NCBI GenBank assembly: GCA_964016885.1
Contig: OZ024740.1
Coordinates: 17,174,001 to 17,238,000, forward strand
Reading direction: 5' to 3'
Length of the DNA: 64,000 bases
Origin: Eledone cirrhosa
Lineage: Eukaryota
The position numbers and the translations under genes are program-made. Positions 27,035 through 40,267 of the stretch are shown here, in pieces (position 1 is the stretch's first letter; the number at the start of each line of letters is the position of its first letter). Below the pieces are notes generated by a model. The model saw nothing but the letters and a program-made list of their open reading frames with translations, made no database searches and had not been told where the DNA came from.

Positions 27035-30000
27035 GCTGTGGGGTGGGTGGGTGGCTTTAGAACTGAGGGTGATGGTACATCTACAGTAGAGCTGTGGGGT
27101 GGGTGGGTGGCTTTAGAACTGAGGGTGATGGTACATCTACAATAGAGCTGTGGGGTGGGTGGGTGGCTGGCTTTAGAACTGAGGGTGATGGTACATCTAC
27201 AGTAGAGCTGTGGGGTGGCTGGCTTTAGAACTGAGGGTGATGGTACATCTACAGTAGAGCTGTGGGGTGGCTGGCTTTAGAACTGAGGGGTGATGGTACA
27301 TCTACAGTAGAGCTGTGGGGTGGGTGGCTTTAGAACTGAGGGTGATGGTACATCTACAGTAGAGCTGTGGGGTGGCTGGCTTTAGAACTGAGGGTGATGG
27401 TACATCTACAGTAGAGCTGTGGGGTGGCTGGCTTTAGAACTGAGGGTGATGGTACATCTACAGTAGAGCTGTGGGGTGGGTGGGTGGCTTTAGAACTGAG
27501 GGTGATGGTACATCTACAGTAGAGCTGTGGGTGGGTGGGTGGCTGGCTTTAGAACTGAGGGAGATGGTACATCTACAGTAGAGCTGTGGGGTGGGTGGGT
27601 GGCTGGCTTTAGAACTGAGGGAGATGGTACATCTACAGTAGAGCTGTGGGGTGGGTGGGTGGCTTTAGAACTGAGGGTGATGGTACATCTACAGTAGAGC
27701 TGTGGGGTGGGTGGGTGGCTTTAGAACTGAGGGTGATGGTACATCTACAGTAGAGCTGTGGGGTGGGTGGGTGGCTTTAGAACTGAGGGTGATGGTACAT
27801 CTACAGTAGAGCTGTGGGGTGGGTGGGTGGCTGGCTTTAGAACTGAGGGAGATGGTACATCTACAGTAGAGCTGTGGGGTGGCTGGCTTTAGAACTGAGG
27901 GTGATGGTACATCTACAGTAGAGCTGTGGGGTGGGTGGCTTTAGAACTGAGGGTGATGGTACATCTACAGTAGAGCTGTGGGGTGGCTGGCTTTAGAACT
28001 GAGGGTGATGGTACATCTACAGTAGAGCTGTGGGGTGGCTGGCTTTAGAACTGAGGGTGATGGTACATCTACAGTATAGCTGTGGGGTGGGTGGCTTTAG
28101 AACTGAGGGTGATGGTACATCTACAGTAGAGCTGTGGGGTGGGTGGGTGGCTGGCTTTAGAACTGAGGGAGATGGTACATCTACAGTAGAGCTGTGGGGT
28201 GGGTGGGTGGCTGGCTTTAGAACTGAGGGTGATGGTACATCTACAGTAGAGCTGTGGGGTGGCTGGCTTTAGAACTGAGGGTGATGGTACATCTACAGTA
28301 GAGCTGTGGGGTGGGTGGGTGGCTTTAGAACTGAGGGTGATGGTACATCTACAGTAGAGCTGTGGGGTGGGTGGCTTTAGAACTGAGGGTGATGGTACAT
28401 CTACAGTAGAGCTGTGGGGTGGCTGGCTTTAGAACTGAGGGGTGATGGTACATCTACAGTAGAGCTGTGGGGTGGGTGGGTGGCTTTAGAACTGAGGGTG
28501 ATGGTACATCTACAGTAGAGCTGTGGGGTGGGTGGGTGGCTGGCTTTAGAACTGAGGGTGATGGTACATCTACAGTAGAGCTGTGGGGTGGGTGGGTGGC
28601 TGGCTTTAGAACTGAGGGTGATGGTACATCTACAGTAGAGCTGTGGGGTGGGTGGGTGGCTGGCTTTAGAACTGAGGGAGATGGTACATCTACAGTAGAG
28701 CTGTGGGGTGGCTGGCTTTAGAACTGAGGGTGATGGTACATCTACAGTAGAGCTGTGGGGTGGGTGGGTGGCTGGCTTTAGAACTGAGGGTGATGGTACA
28801 TCTACAGTAGAGCTGTGGGGTGGCTGGCATTAGAACTGAGGGTGATGGTACATCTACAGTAGAGCTGTGGGGTGGCTGGCTTTAGAACTGAGGGGTGATG
28901 GTACATCTACAGTAGAGCTGTGGGGTGGCTGGCATTAGAACTGAGGGTGATGGTACATCTACAGTAGAGCTGTGAGGTGGCTGGCTTTAGAACTGAGGGG
29001 TGATGGTACATCTACAGTAGAGCTGTGGGGTGGCTGGCTTTAGAACTGAGGGTGATGGTACATCTACAGTAGAGCTGTGGGGTGGCTTTAGAACTGAGGG
29101 TGATGGTACATCTACAGTAGAGCTGTGGGCTGGCTTTAGAACTGAGGGAGATGGTACATCTACAGTAGAGCTGTGGGGTGGCTGGCTTTAGAACTGAGGG
29201 TGATGGTACATCTACAGTAGAGCTGTGAGGTGGCTGGCTTTAGAACTGAGGGGTGATGGTACATCTACAGTAGAGCTGTGGGGTGGCTGGCTTTAGAACT
29301 GAGGGAGATGGTACATCTACAGTAGAGCTGTGGGGTGGGTGGGTGGCTGGCTTTAGAACTGAGGGGTGATGGTACATCTACAGTAGAGCTGTGGGGTGGC
29401 TGGCTTTAGAACTGAGGGGTGATGGTACATCTACAGTAGAGCTGTGAGGTGGGTGGGTGGCTGGCTTTAGAACTGAGGGAGATGGTACATCTACAGTAGA
29501 GCTGTGGGGTAGGTGGGTGGCTTTAGAATTGAGGGTGATGGTACATCTACAGTAAAGCTGTGGGGTGGCTGGCTTTAGAACTGAGGGAGATGGTACATCT
29601 ACAGTAGAGCTGTGGGGTAGGTGGGTGGCTTTAGAACTGAGGGAGATGGTACATCTACAGTAGAGCTATGGGGTGGCTGGCATTAGAACTGAGGGGTGAT
29701 GGTACATCTACAGTAGAGCTGTGAGGTGGGTGGCTTTAGAACTGAGGGAGATGGTACATCTACAGTAAAGCTGTGGGGTAGGTGGGTGGCTTTAGAACTG
29801 AGGGAGATGGTACATCTACAGTAGAGCTGTGGGGTAGGTGGGTGGCTTTAGAACTGAGGGAGATGGTACATCTACAGTAGAGCTGTGGGGTGACTGGCTT
29901 TAGAACTGAGGGGTGATGGTACATCTACAGTAGAGCTGTGGGGTGACTGGCTTTAGAACTGAGGGTGATGGTACATCTACAGTAGAGCTGTGGGGTGGCT

Positions 30001-31300
30001 TTAGAACTGAGGGGTGATGGTACATCTACAGTAAAGCTGTGGGGTGGCTGGCTTTAGAACTGAGGGGTGATGGTACATCTACAGTAAAGCTGTGGGGTGG
30101 CTGGCGTTAGAACTGAGGGTGATGGTACATCTACAGTAAAGCTGTGGGGTGGCTGGCTTTAGAACTGAGGGTGATGGTACATCTACAGTAGAGCTGTGGG
30201 GTGGCTGGCTTTAGAACTGAGGGTGATGGTACATCTACAGTAGAGCTGTGGGGTGGGTGGGTGGCTGGCTTTAGAACTGAGGGGTGATGGTACATCTACA
30301 GTAGAGCTGTGGGGTGGCTGGCTTTAGAACTGAGGGAGATGGTACATCTACAGTAGAGCTGTGGGGTGGGTGGGTGGCTGGCTTTAGAACTGAGGGTCAT
30401 GGTACATCTACAGTAGAGCTGTGGGGTGACTGGCTTTAGAACTGAGGGGTGATGGTACATCTACAGTAGAGCTGTGGGGTGGCTGGCTTTAGAACTGAGG
30501 GAGATGGTACATCTACAGTAGAGCTGTGGGGTGGGTGGGTGGCTTTAGAACTGAGGGAGATGGTACATCTACAGTAGAGCTGTGGGGTGGCTGGCTTTAG
30601 AACTGAGGGAGATGGTACATCTACAGTAGAGCTGTGAGGTGGCTGGCTTTAGAACTGAGGGAGATGGTACATCTACAGTAGAGCTGTGGGGTGACTGGCT
30701 TTAGAACTGAGGGAGATGGTACATCTACAGTAGAGCTGTGAGGTGGCTGGCTTTAGAACTGAGGGAGATGGTACATCTACAGTAGAGCTGTGGGGTGGCT
30801 GGCTTTAGAACTGAGGGAGATGGTACATCTACAGTAGAGCTGTGGGGTGGCTGGCTTTAGAACTGAGGGAGATGGTACATCTACAGTAGAGCTGTGGGGT
30901 GGCTGGCTTTAGAACTGAGGGTGATGGTACATCTACAGTAGAGCTGTGGGGTGGGTGGCTGGCTTTAGAACTGAGGGGTGATGGTACATCTACAGTAGAG
31001 CTGTGGGGTGGCTGGCTTTAGAACTGAGGGAGATGGTACATCTACAGTAGAGCTGTGGGGTGGCTGGCTTTAGAACTGAGGGTGATGGTACATCTACAGT
31101 AGAGCTGTGGGGTGGCTGGCGTTAGAACTGACCGTGATGGTACATCTACACTAAAGCTGTGGGGTGGCTGGCTTTAGAACTGAGGGGTGATGGTACATCT
31201 ACAGTAGAGCTGTGGGGTGGCTGGCTTTAGAACTGAGGGTCATGGTACATCTACAGTAAAGCTGTGGGGTGGCTGGCTTTAGAACTGAGGGGTGATGGTA
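27035..31300. repeat. Minisatellite array 2, ~52-64 bp unit GCTGTGGGGT(GGGT)n(GGCT)GGCTTTAGAACTGAGGG(T/A)GATGGTACATCTACAGTAGA
   Basis: Direct reading; length varies in 4-bp GGGT/GGCT steps; internal palindrome TCTAC-A-GTAGA. Confidence 0.98.
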
Positions 31301-31774
31301 AGTGTTTTGTGTTTCATGATGAGCCAACATCATAAAAACTGAGTGTTTTGTTTGTTTTTTTTAAATATTTTCATAAGAGCCATAGAACCCTGCCTCCAGC
31401 TCTCATGGTTTTGGTCCACAATGGAAACACTAAACACTGCAACCCTATAAATCTTAGTTTTGGACTATCAGAGAAACACTTTCAGTTCTTATGTTCTAGT
31501 ACCAGTCAAATACAGGGGTTGATATAATTATCCTCCCACTCCTTGTAGCTGTGTTAGAAACAATTATTACTTATACATGTAGGGGTGATGGTTATGGACT
31601 GCTCCTCCCAGCTTCACCACACACACACACACACACACTCACACACACATACAGTAGTGAGCTAACAGCTTAACATTCCACAGTTTTTATTACTGTAACC
31701 CCCCCCCCTCTCCCCCAGCATACTCAGGTATTTCTGATGAATTACTAAAGGAAGTAATCTTGTTGTTCACTACT

Positions 31775-31775
31775 A

Positions 31776-31807
<32 letters not shown>

Positions 31808-31906
31808 TCTGTCATTGTTAGGTTTCAGCTGAATTGTCTGTCTCCGTGTGTCTGTCTGTCTGTGTGTCTGTGTGTGTGTCTCCGTGTGAGTGTCTGTCTG
31901 TCTGTA

Positions 31907-31949
<43 letters not shown>

Positions 31950-32400
31950 GTGTATGTCTGTGTGTGTCTGTCTGTCTGTCTCCGTGTGTGTGTCTGTTTG
32001 TCTCCGTGTGTGTGTGTGTCTGTCTGTCTCTCCGTGTGTGTGTGTCTGTCTGTCTGTGTGTGTCTGTCTGTGTGTCTGTCTCCGTGTGAGTGTCTGTCCG
32101 TGTGTGTGTGTGCCTGTTTCCTGGAGTGTGTGCCTGTCTGTGTGTGTGTGTCTGTCTGTCTGTCTGTCTGTGTGAGTGTCTGTCTCCGGGTGTGTGTGTG
32201 TGTCTGTCTGTCTGTGTGTCTGTGTCTGTCTCTGTGCATGTGTGTGTCTGTCTCTATGTATGTGTGTGTATGTCTGTCTCTGTGAGCATGTGTCTCTGTA
32301 TGTGTGTGTGTCTGTGAGTGTGTCTGTCTCTGTGGGTGTGTCTGTATCTGTGTGTGTCTGTCTCTGTGGGTGTGTCTGTATCTGTGTGTGTCTCTGTGTG

Positions 32401-32438
<38 letters not shown>

Positions 32439-32646
32439 TGAATGTGTGTGTGTATGTCTCTGTATGAGTGTGTATGTCTGTATCTGAGTGTGTGTGTGTG
32501 TGTAGGATGGTGTCGTTGGAAGTGTTTGCTGCCATACCAGTTGTCCTTATGAACCACCACTATCATCATCATCACTACCATCATCACCACCACCACCACT
32601 GTCACCATCATCATCACCTCCACCACCACTGTCACCACCACCATCA
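31775..32646. repeat. Compound microsatellite: (ATT)n, (GT)n/(GTCT)n, (CAC/CAT)n
   Basis: Direct reading. Confidence 0.92.
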
Positions 32647-32973
32647 TTTAACATTTGTTTTCCCTAGTAATAAAGGATTGGATGGTTCTTCTGAGACCAA
32701 GTCAGAATCTCAAGCAGAGTTACTGACCAGATGGGGCCCAAGGAAGGATGAAGGGCAGCTGCATCTTATATTCTCAAACCAATATAAAAGTCATCTTTTA
32801 TCACTTAGCTAAGAGTAAGGGCAGTCAGTGTACACAAGGTTTTATATTTTTTCAGGGCCCCTGAGTTTGGTAGCAGAGAGGGGAACTAATCCTCAAACCT
32901 GCTGACCTAAATACTTGCAACTAAGAGCCAGGTGGTGGTGTTAAACCTTTTGGTTCTAACAAACATAAGAGTT

Positions 32974-35900
32974 CATTGGTAGGATGGTAGCCGTGTTGGT
33001 AGGATGGTAGCTGTGATGGTGGCTGTGTTGGTAGGATGGTAGCTGTGATGGTGGCTGTGTTGGTAGGATGGTAGCTGTGTTGGTAGGATGGTAGCTGTGA
33101 TGGTGGCTGTGTTTGTAGGATGGTAGCTGTGATGGTCGCTGTGTTGGTAGGATGGTAGATGTGATGGTGGCTGTGTTGGTAGGATGGTAGCTGTGATGGT
33201 GGCTGTGTTGGTAGGATGGTAGCTGTGATGGTGGCTGTGTTGGTAGGATGGTAGCTGTGATGGTGGCTGTGTTGGTAGGATGGTAGCTGTGATGGTAGGA
33301 TGGTAGCTGTGATGGAGCTTATTGGTAGGATGGTAGCTGTGTTGGAGCTCATTGGTAAGATGGTAGCTGTGATGGTGGCTGTGTTGGTAGGATGGTAGCT
33401 GTGTTGGAGTTCATTGTTAGGATGGTAGCTGTGATGGTGGCTGTGTTGGTAGGATGGTAGCTGTGTTGGAGCTCATTGGTAGGATGGTAGCTGTGTTGGA
33501 GCTCATTGGTAGGATGGTAGCTGTGTTGAAGCTCATTGGTAGGATGGTAGCTGTGTTGGAGCTTATTGGTAGGATGGTAGCTGTGTTGGAGCTCATTGGT
33601 AGGATGGTAGCTGTGTTGGAGCTTATTGGTAGGATGGTAGCTGTGTTGGAGCTCATTGGTAGGATGGTAGCTGTGTTGGAGCTTATTAGTAGGATGGTAG
33701 CTGTGTTGGAGCTCATTGGTAGGATGGAAGCTGTGTTGGAGCTCATTGGTAGGATGGTAGCTGTGTTGGAGCTTATTGGTAGGATGGTAGCTGTGTTGGA
33801 GCTCATTGGTAGGATGGTAGCTGTGTTGGAGCTTATTAGTAGGATAGTAGCTGTGTTGGAGCTCATTGGTAGGATGGAAGCTGTGTTGGAGCTCATTGGT
33901 AGGATGGTAGCTGTGATGGTGGCTGTGTTGGTAGGATGGTAGCTGTGTTGAAGCTCATTGGTAGGATGGTAGCTGTGTTGGAGCTCATTGGTAGGATGGT
34001 AGCTGTGTTGGAGCTTATTGGTAGGATGGTAGCTGTGTTGGAGCTCATTGGTAGGATGGTAGCTGTGTTGAAGCTCATTGGTAGGATGGTAGCTGTGTTG
34101 GAGCTCATTGGTAGGATGGTAGCTGTGTTGGAGCTCATTGTTAGGATGGTAGCTGTGTTGGAGCTCATTGGTAGGATGGTAGCTGTGTTGGAGCTCATTG
34201 GTAGGATGGTAGCTGTGTTGGAGCTCATTGTTAGGATGGTAGCTGTGTTGGAGCTTATTGTTAGGATGGTAGCTGTGATGGTGGCTGTGTTGGTAGGATG
34301 GTAGCTGTGATGGAGCTTATTGGTAGGATGGTAGCTGTGATGGTGGCTGTGTTGGTAGGATGGTAGCTGTGTTGGAGCTTATTGGTAGGATGGTAGCTGT
34401 GTTGGAGCTTATTGGTAGGATGGTAGCTGTGTTGGAACTCATTGGTAGGATGGTAGCTGTGTTGGAGCTTATTAGTAGGATAGTAGCTGTGTTGGAGCTC
34501 ATTGGTAGGATGGAAGCTGTGTTGGAGCTCATTGGTAGGATGGTAGCTGTGATGGTGGCTGTGTTGGTAGGATGGTAGCTGTGTTGAAGCTCATTGGTAG
34601 GATGGTAGCTGTGTTGGAGCTCATTGGTAGGATGGTAGCTGTGTTGGAGCTTATTGGTAGGATGGTAGCTGTGTTGGAGCTCATTGGTAGGATGGTAGCT
34701 GTGTTGAAGCTCATTGGTAGGATGGTAGCTGTGTTGGAGCTCATTGGTAGGATGGTAGCTGTGTTGGAGCTCATTGTTAGGATGGTAGCTGTGTTGGAGC
34801 TCATTGGTAGGATGGTAGCTGTGTTGGAGCTCATTGGTAGGATGGTAGCTGTGTTGGAGCTCATTGTTAGGATGGTAGCTGTGTTGGAGCTTATTGTTAG
34901 GATGGTAGCTGTGATGGTGGCTGTGTTGGTAGGATGGTAGCTGTGATGGAGCTTATTGGTAGGATGGTAGCTGTGATGGTGGCTGTGTTGGTAGGATGGT
35001 AGCTGTGTTGGAGCTTATTGGTAGGATGGTAGCTGTGTTGGAGCTCATTGTTAGGATGGTAGCTGTGTTGGAGCTTATTGGTAGGATGGTAGCTGTGATG
35101 GTGGCTGTGTTGGTAGGATGGTAGCTGTGATGGTGGCTGTGTTGGTAGGATGGTAGCTGTGATGGAGCTTATTGGTAGGATGGTAGCTGTGATGGTGGCT
35201 GTGTTGGTAGGATGGTAGCTGTGTTGGAGCTCATTGTTAGGATGGTAGCTGTGATGGAGCTTATTGGTAGGATGGTAGCTGTGATGGTGGCTGTGTTGGT
35301 AGGATGGTATCTGTGTTGGAGCTTATTGGTAGGATGGTAGCTGTGATGGTGGCTGTGTTGGTAGGATGGTAGCTGTGATGGTGGCTGTGTTGGTAGGATG
35401 GTAGCTGTGTTGGAGCTCATTGGTAGGATGGTAGCTGTGTTGGAGCTCATTGGTAGGATGGTAGCTGTGATAGTGGCTGTGTTGGTAGGATGGTAGCTGT
35501 GTTGGAGCTCATTGGTAGGATGGTAGCTGTGTTGGAGCTCATTGGTAGGATGGTAGCTGTGTTGGAGCTCATTGGTAGGATGGTAGCTGTGTTGGAGCTC
35601 ATTGGTAGGATGGTAGCTGTGTTGAAGCTCATTGGTAGGATGGTAGCTGTGTTGGGGCTCATTGGTAGGATGGTAGCTGTGTTGGAGCTCATTGGTAGGA
35701 TGGTAGCTGTGTTGAAGCTCATTGGTAGGATGGTAGCTGTGATGGTGGCTGTGTTGGTAGGATGGTAGCTGTGTTGGAGCTCATTGGTAGGATGGTAGCT
35801 GTGTTGGAGCTCATTGGTAGGATGGTAGCTGTGTTGGAGCTCATTGGTAGGATGGTAGCTGTGTTGAAGCTCATTGGTAGGATGGTAGCTGTGTTGGGGC

Positions 35901-36560
35901 TCATTGGTAGGATGGTAGCTGTGTTGGAGCTTATTGGTAGGATGGTAGCTGTGTTGGAGCTCATTGGTAGGATGGTAGCTGTGTTGAAGCTCATTGGTAG
36001 GATGGTAGCTGTGTTGAAGCTCATTGGTAGGATGGTAGCTGTGTTGGGGCTCATTGGTAGGATGGTAGCTGTGTTGGAGCTTATTGGTAGGATGGTAGCT
36101 GTGTTGGAGCTTATTGGTAGGATGGTAGCTGTGTTGGAGCTCATTGGTAGGATGGTAGCTGTGTTGGAGCTTATTGGTAGGATGGTAGCTGTGTTGGAGC
36201 TCATTGGTAGGATGGTAGCTGTGTTGGGGCTCATTGGTAGGATGGTAGCTGTGTTGGAGCTTATTGGTAGGATGGTAGCTGTGTTGAAGCTCATTGGTAG
36301 GATGGTAGCTGTGTTGGGGCTCATTGGTAGGATGGTAGCTGTGTTGGAGCTTATTGGTAGGATGGTAGCTGTGTTGGAGCTCATTGGTAGGATGGTAGCT
36401 GTGTTGAAGCTCATTGGTAGGATGGTAGCTGTGTTGAAGCTCATTGGTAGGATGGTAGCTGTGTTGGGGCTCATTGGTAGGATGGTAGCTGTGTTGGAGC
36501 TTATTGGTAGGATGGTAGCTGTGTTGGAGCTCATTGGTAGGATGGTAGCTGTGTTGGAGC
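32974..36560. repeat. Minisatellite array 3, mixed 30-bp (GGTAGGATGGTAGCTGTGTTGGAGCTCATT) and 32-bp (GGTAGGATGGTAGCTGTGATGGTGGCTGTGTT) units
   Basis: Direct reading; identical ORFs at 33893 and 34529 show a 636-bp higher-order duplication. Confidence 0.98.
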
Positions 36561-36731
36561 TGGATTGTAGTTGTAATATAAGGACCCCAGATTTATCCGA
36601 TGCAGCTTCTCATTGGTTCTAAGGATTATATTAAGGGTATACATGTCTGTGGAATACTCAGCCACATACATTATAGCACAACAGGAGTATGTTGTGTTGT
36701 TTATGGAATAATTGGAAATACTTATTTGTAG

Positions 36732-37088
36732 AAACAGAACTCCTTTTGGTTAGTATTGATACACATATACACACTTGAGACACAACTAGATACACATACA
36801 CACATATTCAGACAAAGTCACACACACACAAAGAGACACACATCTAGACACACACAATCACACATTTGAGACACACACAGACACATCTACACACACACAC
36901 ACAATGGTGAACCATGTGGTGGACATGGTTCACCATTGTGTGTGTGTGTAGATGTGTCTGTGTGTGTCTCAAATGTGTGATTGTGTGTGTCTAGATGTGT
37001 GACTTTGTCTGAATATGTGTGTATGTGTATCTAGATGTGTCTCAAGTGTGTATATGTGTATCAATACTAACCAAAAGGAGTTTTGTTT
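36732..37088. repeat. Long inverted repeat (fold-back), arms ~165-185 bp, 5-nt loop GGTGG
   Basis: Centre ACCATGT-GGTGG-ACATGGT at 36911-36929; outer ends CTCCTTTTGGTTAGTATTGA / TCAATACTAACCAAAAGGAG. Confidence 0.95.
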
Positions 37089-37529
37089 AATTTCTTCATG
37101 ATTTGAATACTTACATAGACACACTCTCTCCAACACACACACATACACATGCACTTACATACTTTCTCATACACACACACATATGTCTGTCTTGCTGCAA
37201 CATACACACTTCTACATTGCTCTAACATATATTACATTAGTTTGTAAACACACATATACACACAACTAACCTTTCACCCTATTGATGAGGGGTGGGTGGC
37301 TACTAAAGGTGTGTGAATAGAGACACATTAATAACCTTTGAACATTCCCTCTGTAGAGCAGGGGGAGATGGGCTGGGGTCAGTGAAGTAGAAATAAGAGT
37401 GAGGTGTGTGTATGTGTATATGTATGTGTATGTGTAATATGACACAAGGGATTTTTAATCTTTATTGCCCTTTCTCTGACCAAAATGATTTTTAAAGTGC
37501 AAATAATGGCAAATTTTGGCCACCCCCAA

Positions 37530-38450
37530 CCTTGCCCACCCTTAACCCTTCCCAACCTCAACTTAGTCACTTCCAACACTACCCACCCTCAACTTAGCTA
37601 CCCTTAACACTACCCACCCTCAACCCTACCCACACATAACACTTCCCACCCTCAACCCTACCCACAATTAACACTACCCACCCTCAACCATACCAACCCT
37701 CAACCCTACCCACCCTCAACCTTACCCACCCTCGACCCTACCCACCCTCACCCTTCCCACCCTCATTATCATTCTTCCTTCTTTTCCTTTGATGTAGGGA
37801 ACAGAGTTTGCATTTCGATAAATTAACTCATCATCACCATGAACATCACCACCACCACCACCACCATCACCATGAACATCACCACCATCATAATTACCAT
37901 CACCACCACCACCACCACCACCATCATCACCATGAACATCACCACCACCATCATCACCATGAACATCACCACCATCATAATTACCATCACCACCACCACC
38001 ATCATCACCATGAACATCACCACCACCACCATCATCACCATCACCGCCACCTCCATCACCATTACCACCATCACCACCATGAACAGCAACACCACCACCA
38101 TCATCATCACCACCAACACTACCACCATCATCACCATTACCACCATCATTACCATCACCAACACCACCTTCATCACCATTACCACCAACATCACCATCAC
38201 AACTACTATTGTCACCACCACCCCCATCATCACCGCCACCACATACCTCCCTCCCATCATCACCGCCACCATCAACATCATCAATACCATCACCATCACC
38301 ACATATACCACCACCATCATCACCAACACCACAACCACCATTACCACCACCACCACATACACAACCACTATCATCATCATGGTTATCTTCACTAACACTA
38401 TCATTATTGCCATAGTAACCATTATCCTTATCACTATCATCATAACCCCA
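37530..38450. repeat. C-rich CCCTCAACCCTACCCA repeats followed by a (CAC/CAT)n tract
   Basis: Direct reading; source of the poly-His, Thr-rich and Gly/Asp-rich ORFs. Confidence 0.9.
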
Positions 38451-38487
38451 CCTACGCATGACTTATACTACAGTGTTGAGTTAATAA

Positions 38488-38626
38488 TAGAGTTACGGCC
38501 CTTGCCATTCTGAGTTCAAATCCCGCCAAGGTTAACTTTGCCTTTCATCCTTACGGGGTCGTTAAAATAAAGTACCAGTAATGCACTGGGTAATTGCTGG
38601 CCTTGTTCCCAAAGTAGAAACAATAT
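38488..38626 (+). mobile_element. 5'-truncated SINE family A
   Basis: TAGAGTTACGGCCC..GAGTTCAAATCCCGCC..AAGTACCAG..TAGAAACAAT. Confidence 0.9.
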
Positions 38627-39074
38627 TATGAGAGGGGTGGTAGGAGGTGAGAAACAAGGAAGGATTAACCAAATGTTACTCCAATATTTCCTTAAAATCT
38701 TCCTTAAAATGAGGAACCTTAAATATGGACCTAACATAAGACGAGTACCAGATAGGATGGTCATGGTGGAAACCTCAGTTAACTAACTAAAGTTGTAGGT
38801 GTTCTTCAGTTTCTCTAATCTCAATAGATTCTTAGTTGTACGGGACGCTAACAAAGATGCTTTTTGTAAGGGAACTTCCTGTTGTGCTTTTCTCGGTCTT
38901 TCCCAATGAAAACCTGCCATTGTTTGTCTTCTCTTGATATTGGGGTTCAAACCAGTTTTTTTTTCTGATTGAATCGTTTACATAAGTTGCTAATAAAAGT
39001 CTGATTCAGAGGCATTTTTTTTTTTCATTTTGCTTTTCTGGTGTTGCTTAGTTCTCCCAGTCATCTTTGATTAA

Positions 39075-39282
39075 CCCTTTAGCATTTAAAATGGCAATAT
39101 CTGGCCAGAATTCTCTCACCTCTTTCTTTTTAAACTGGCTGTAACCAGCTACTCATACTGATGTTAAGGTATTGTTCTCAAAATAAGTAATATCAAAATC
39201 TTGTAGATACAATATTATGTGAGGTAAAGCCTTTACTATGAAAATATAATAGCAAATATAAAGTAATGTGAATACTAAAGGG
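39075..39282. mobile_element. piggyBac-like MITE P1, complete (208 bp)
   Basis: TTAA|CCCTTTAGCATT ... AATACTAAAGGG|TTAA. Confidence 0.85.
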
Positions 39283-40093
39283 TTAAACAGACCTATGGTT
39301 TAAAAAGCCAGGAAATGAGCAGAATTGTTTGAGTGTTTGATTAAATGTCTTGCAGTATTTGTTCAGCCTCTGTGCTCTGAGGTCAACTCGGCCTTCCTTA
39401 TATTAAATATACTACTGATCAAAGCCCGTGGATTGATGGGATTGTAAGAGCTTCCAACATGATGTTTTGCTGTATATTTTTCATTCTTTGCACTGAAGTG
39501 AAGATGTATCAACCCTAACCCTTAGACAACATTGGTGGCATGGAAAAGTGAGACTTGCATGCACCATGCCTTATTGGTCTATACCTTGAAGAACTTTCTA
39601 GGTGCAGGTCTTTGGCCTTATGAGACAGAGGCTCTCAGAATTTCAGAATTTGTGTTTACCTGTGATGAAGGTGGGAGTGTGTTTTGTGAGGGACTTTTTA
39701 CTTCCGCTTTTTCCAATGTTTCTCAATGAAAATCTTTTAGAATTCATGTTTCCCTGTGAAGACATTTAAATTCAAACCTGTTTTTCTTACTCAAACCAGC
39801 TGGCTTTTCAGACCACCAGTATGGCCTTGTTCCCTTGACACACATAATGAATCATTGACACACAATTTAAGCTTAATTCTTCTATAGTTATGTTCTCACC
39901 TATTGCACACACACAATACATCTCTGATTCTCTCTCTATACATATATATCTCCTTCCCACTTATTCTCTCTGGGCTGGAGGGTTCTGTAAGAATCATCTA
40001 GTTTCTTGAAACCTTTGCTAATGGAATAATTATATTGTGTTGTTTATTATGTAATTAAATATATATATATTGTTTATTATCTAATTATATATA

Positions 40094-40134
<41 letters not shown>

Positions 40135-40267
40135 TTTCTGACACTTCTTTCTGTCTCTCTGTATTTTGTTTTGTCTTCCCCCTCCCTCCTCTATTCTCTT
40201 GTTCTACCCACATTCACAAACACTAGTCTTCACACACTATGTATGTTTTATATATATATATATATAT

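Noticed and set aside
27035-31300. CRISPR-like appearance (constant block plus variable block)
   Set aside because: The variable part is only GGGT/GGCT copy number, not unique spacers; no cas genes; eukaryotic context.
31290-31303. Consensus splice donor GATG|GTAAGT at the end of array 2
   Set aside because: No convincing upstream acceptor or stable reading frame; a single 6-mer is expected by chance.
31734-31760. CTGATGA followed by an ATTACT/AGTAAT stem (hammerhead start)
   Set aside because: No GAAA or UH after the stem.
32655-32812. Possible exon SNKGLDGSSETKSESQAELLTRWGPRK after TTTTCCCTAG
   Set aside because: No recognisable homology and no in-frame donor before the stop.
33417-36622. 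Long MVAVLELIGR / SSNTATILPM repeat ORFs (mucin- or antifreeze-like)
   Set aside because: Consequence of a 30-bp unit; interspersed 32-bp units shift the frame, showing no coding constraint.
37530-37765. Interstitial telomere
   Set aside because: Only scattered AACCCT-like words; no tandem (TAACCC)n run.
37722-38513. Poly-His, Gly/Asp-rich and Thr-rich ORFs (also 50157-50531 and 59026-59454)
   Set aside because: Trinucleotide tracts open in several frames on both strands; no splice or unique-domain support.
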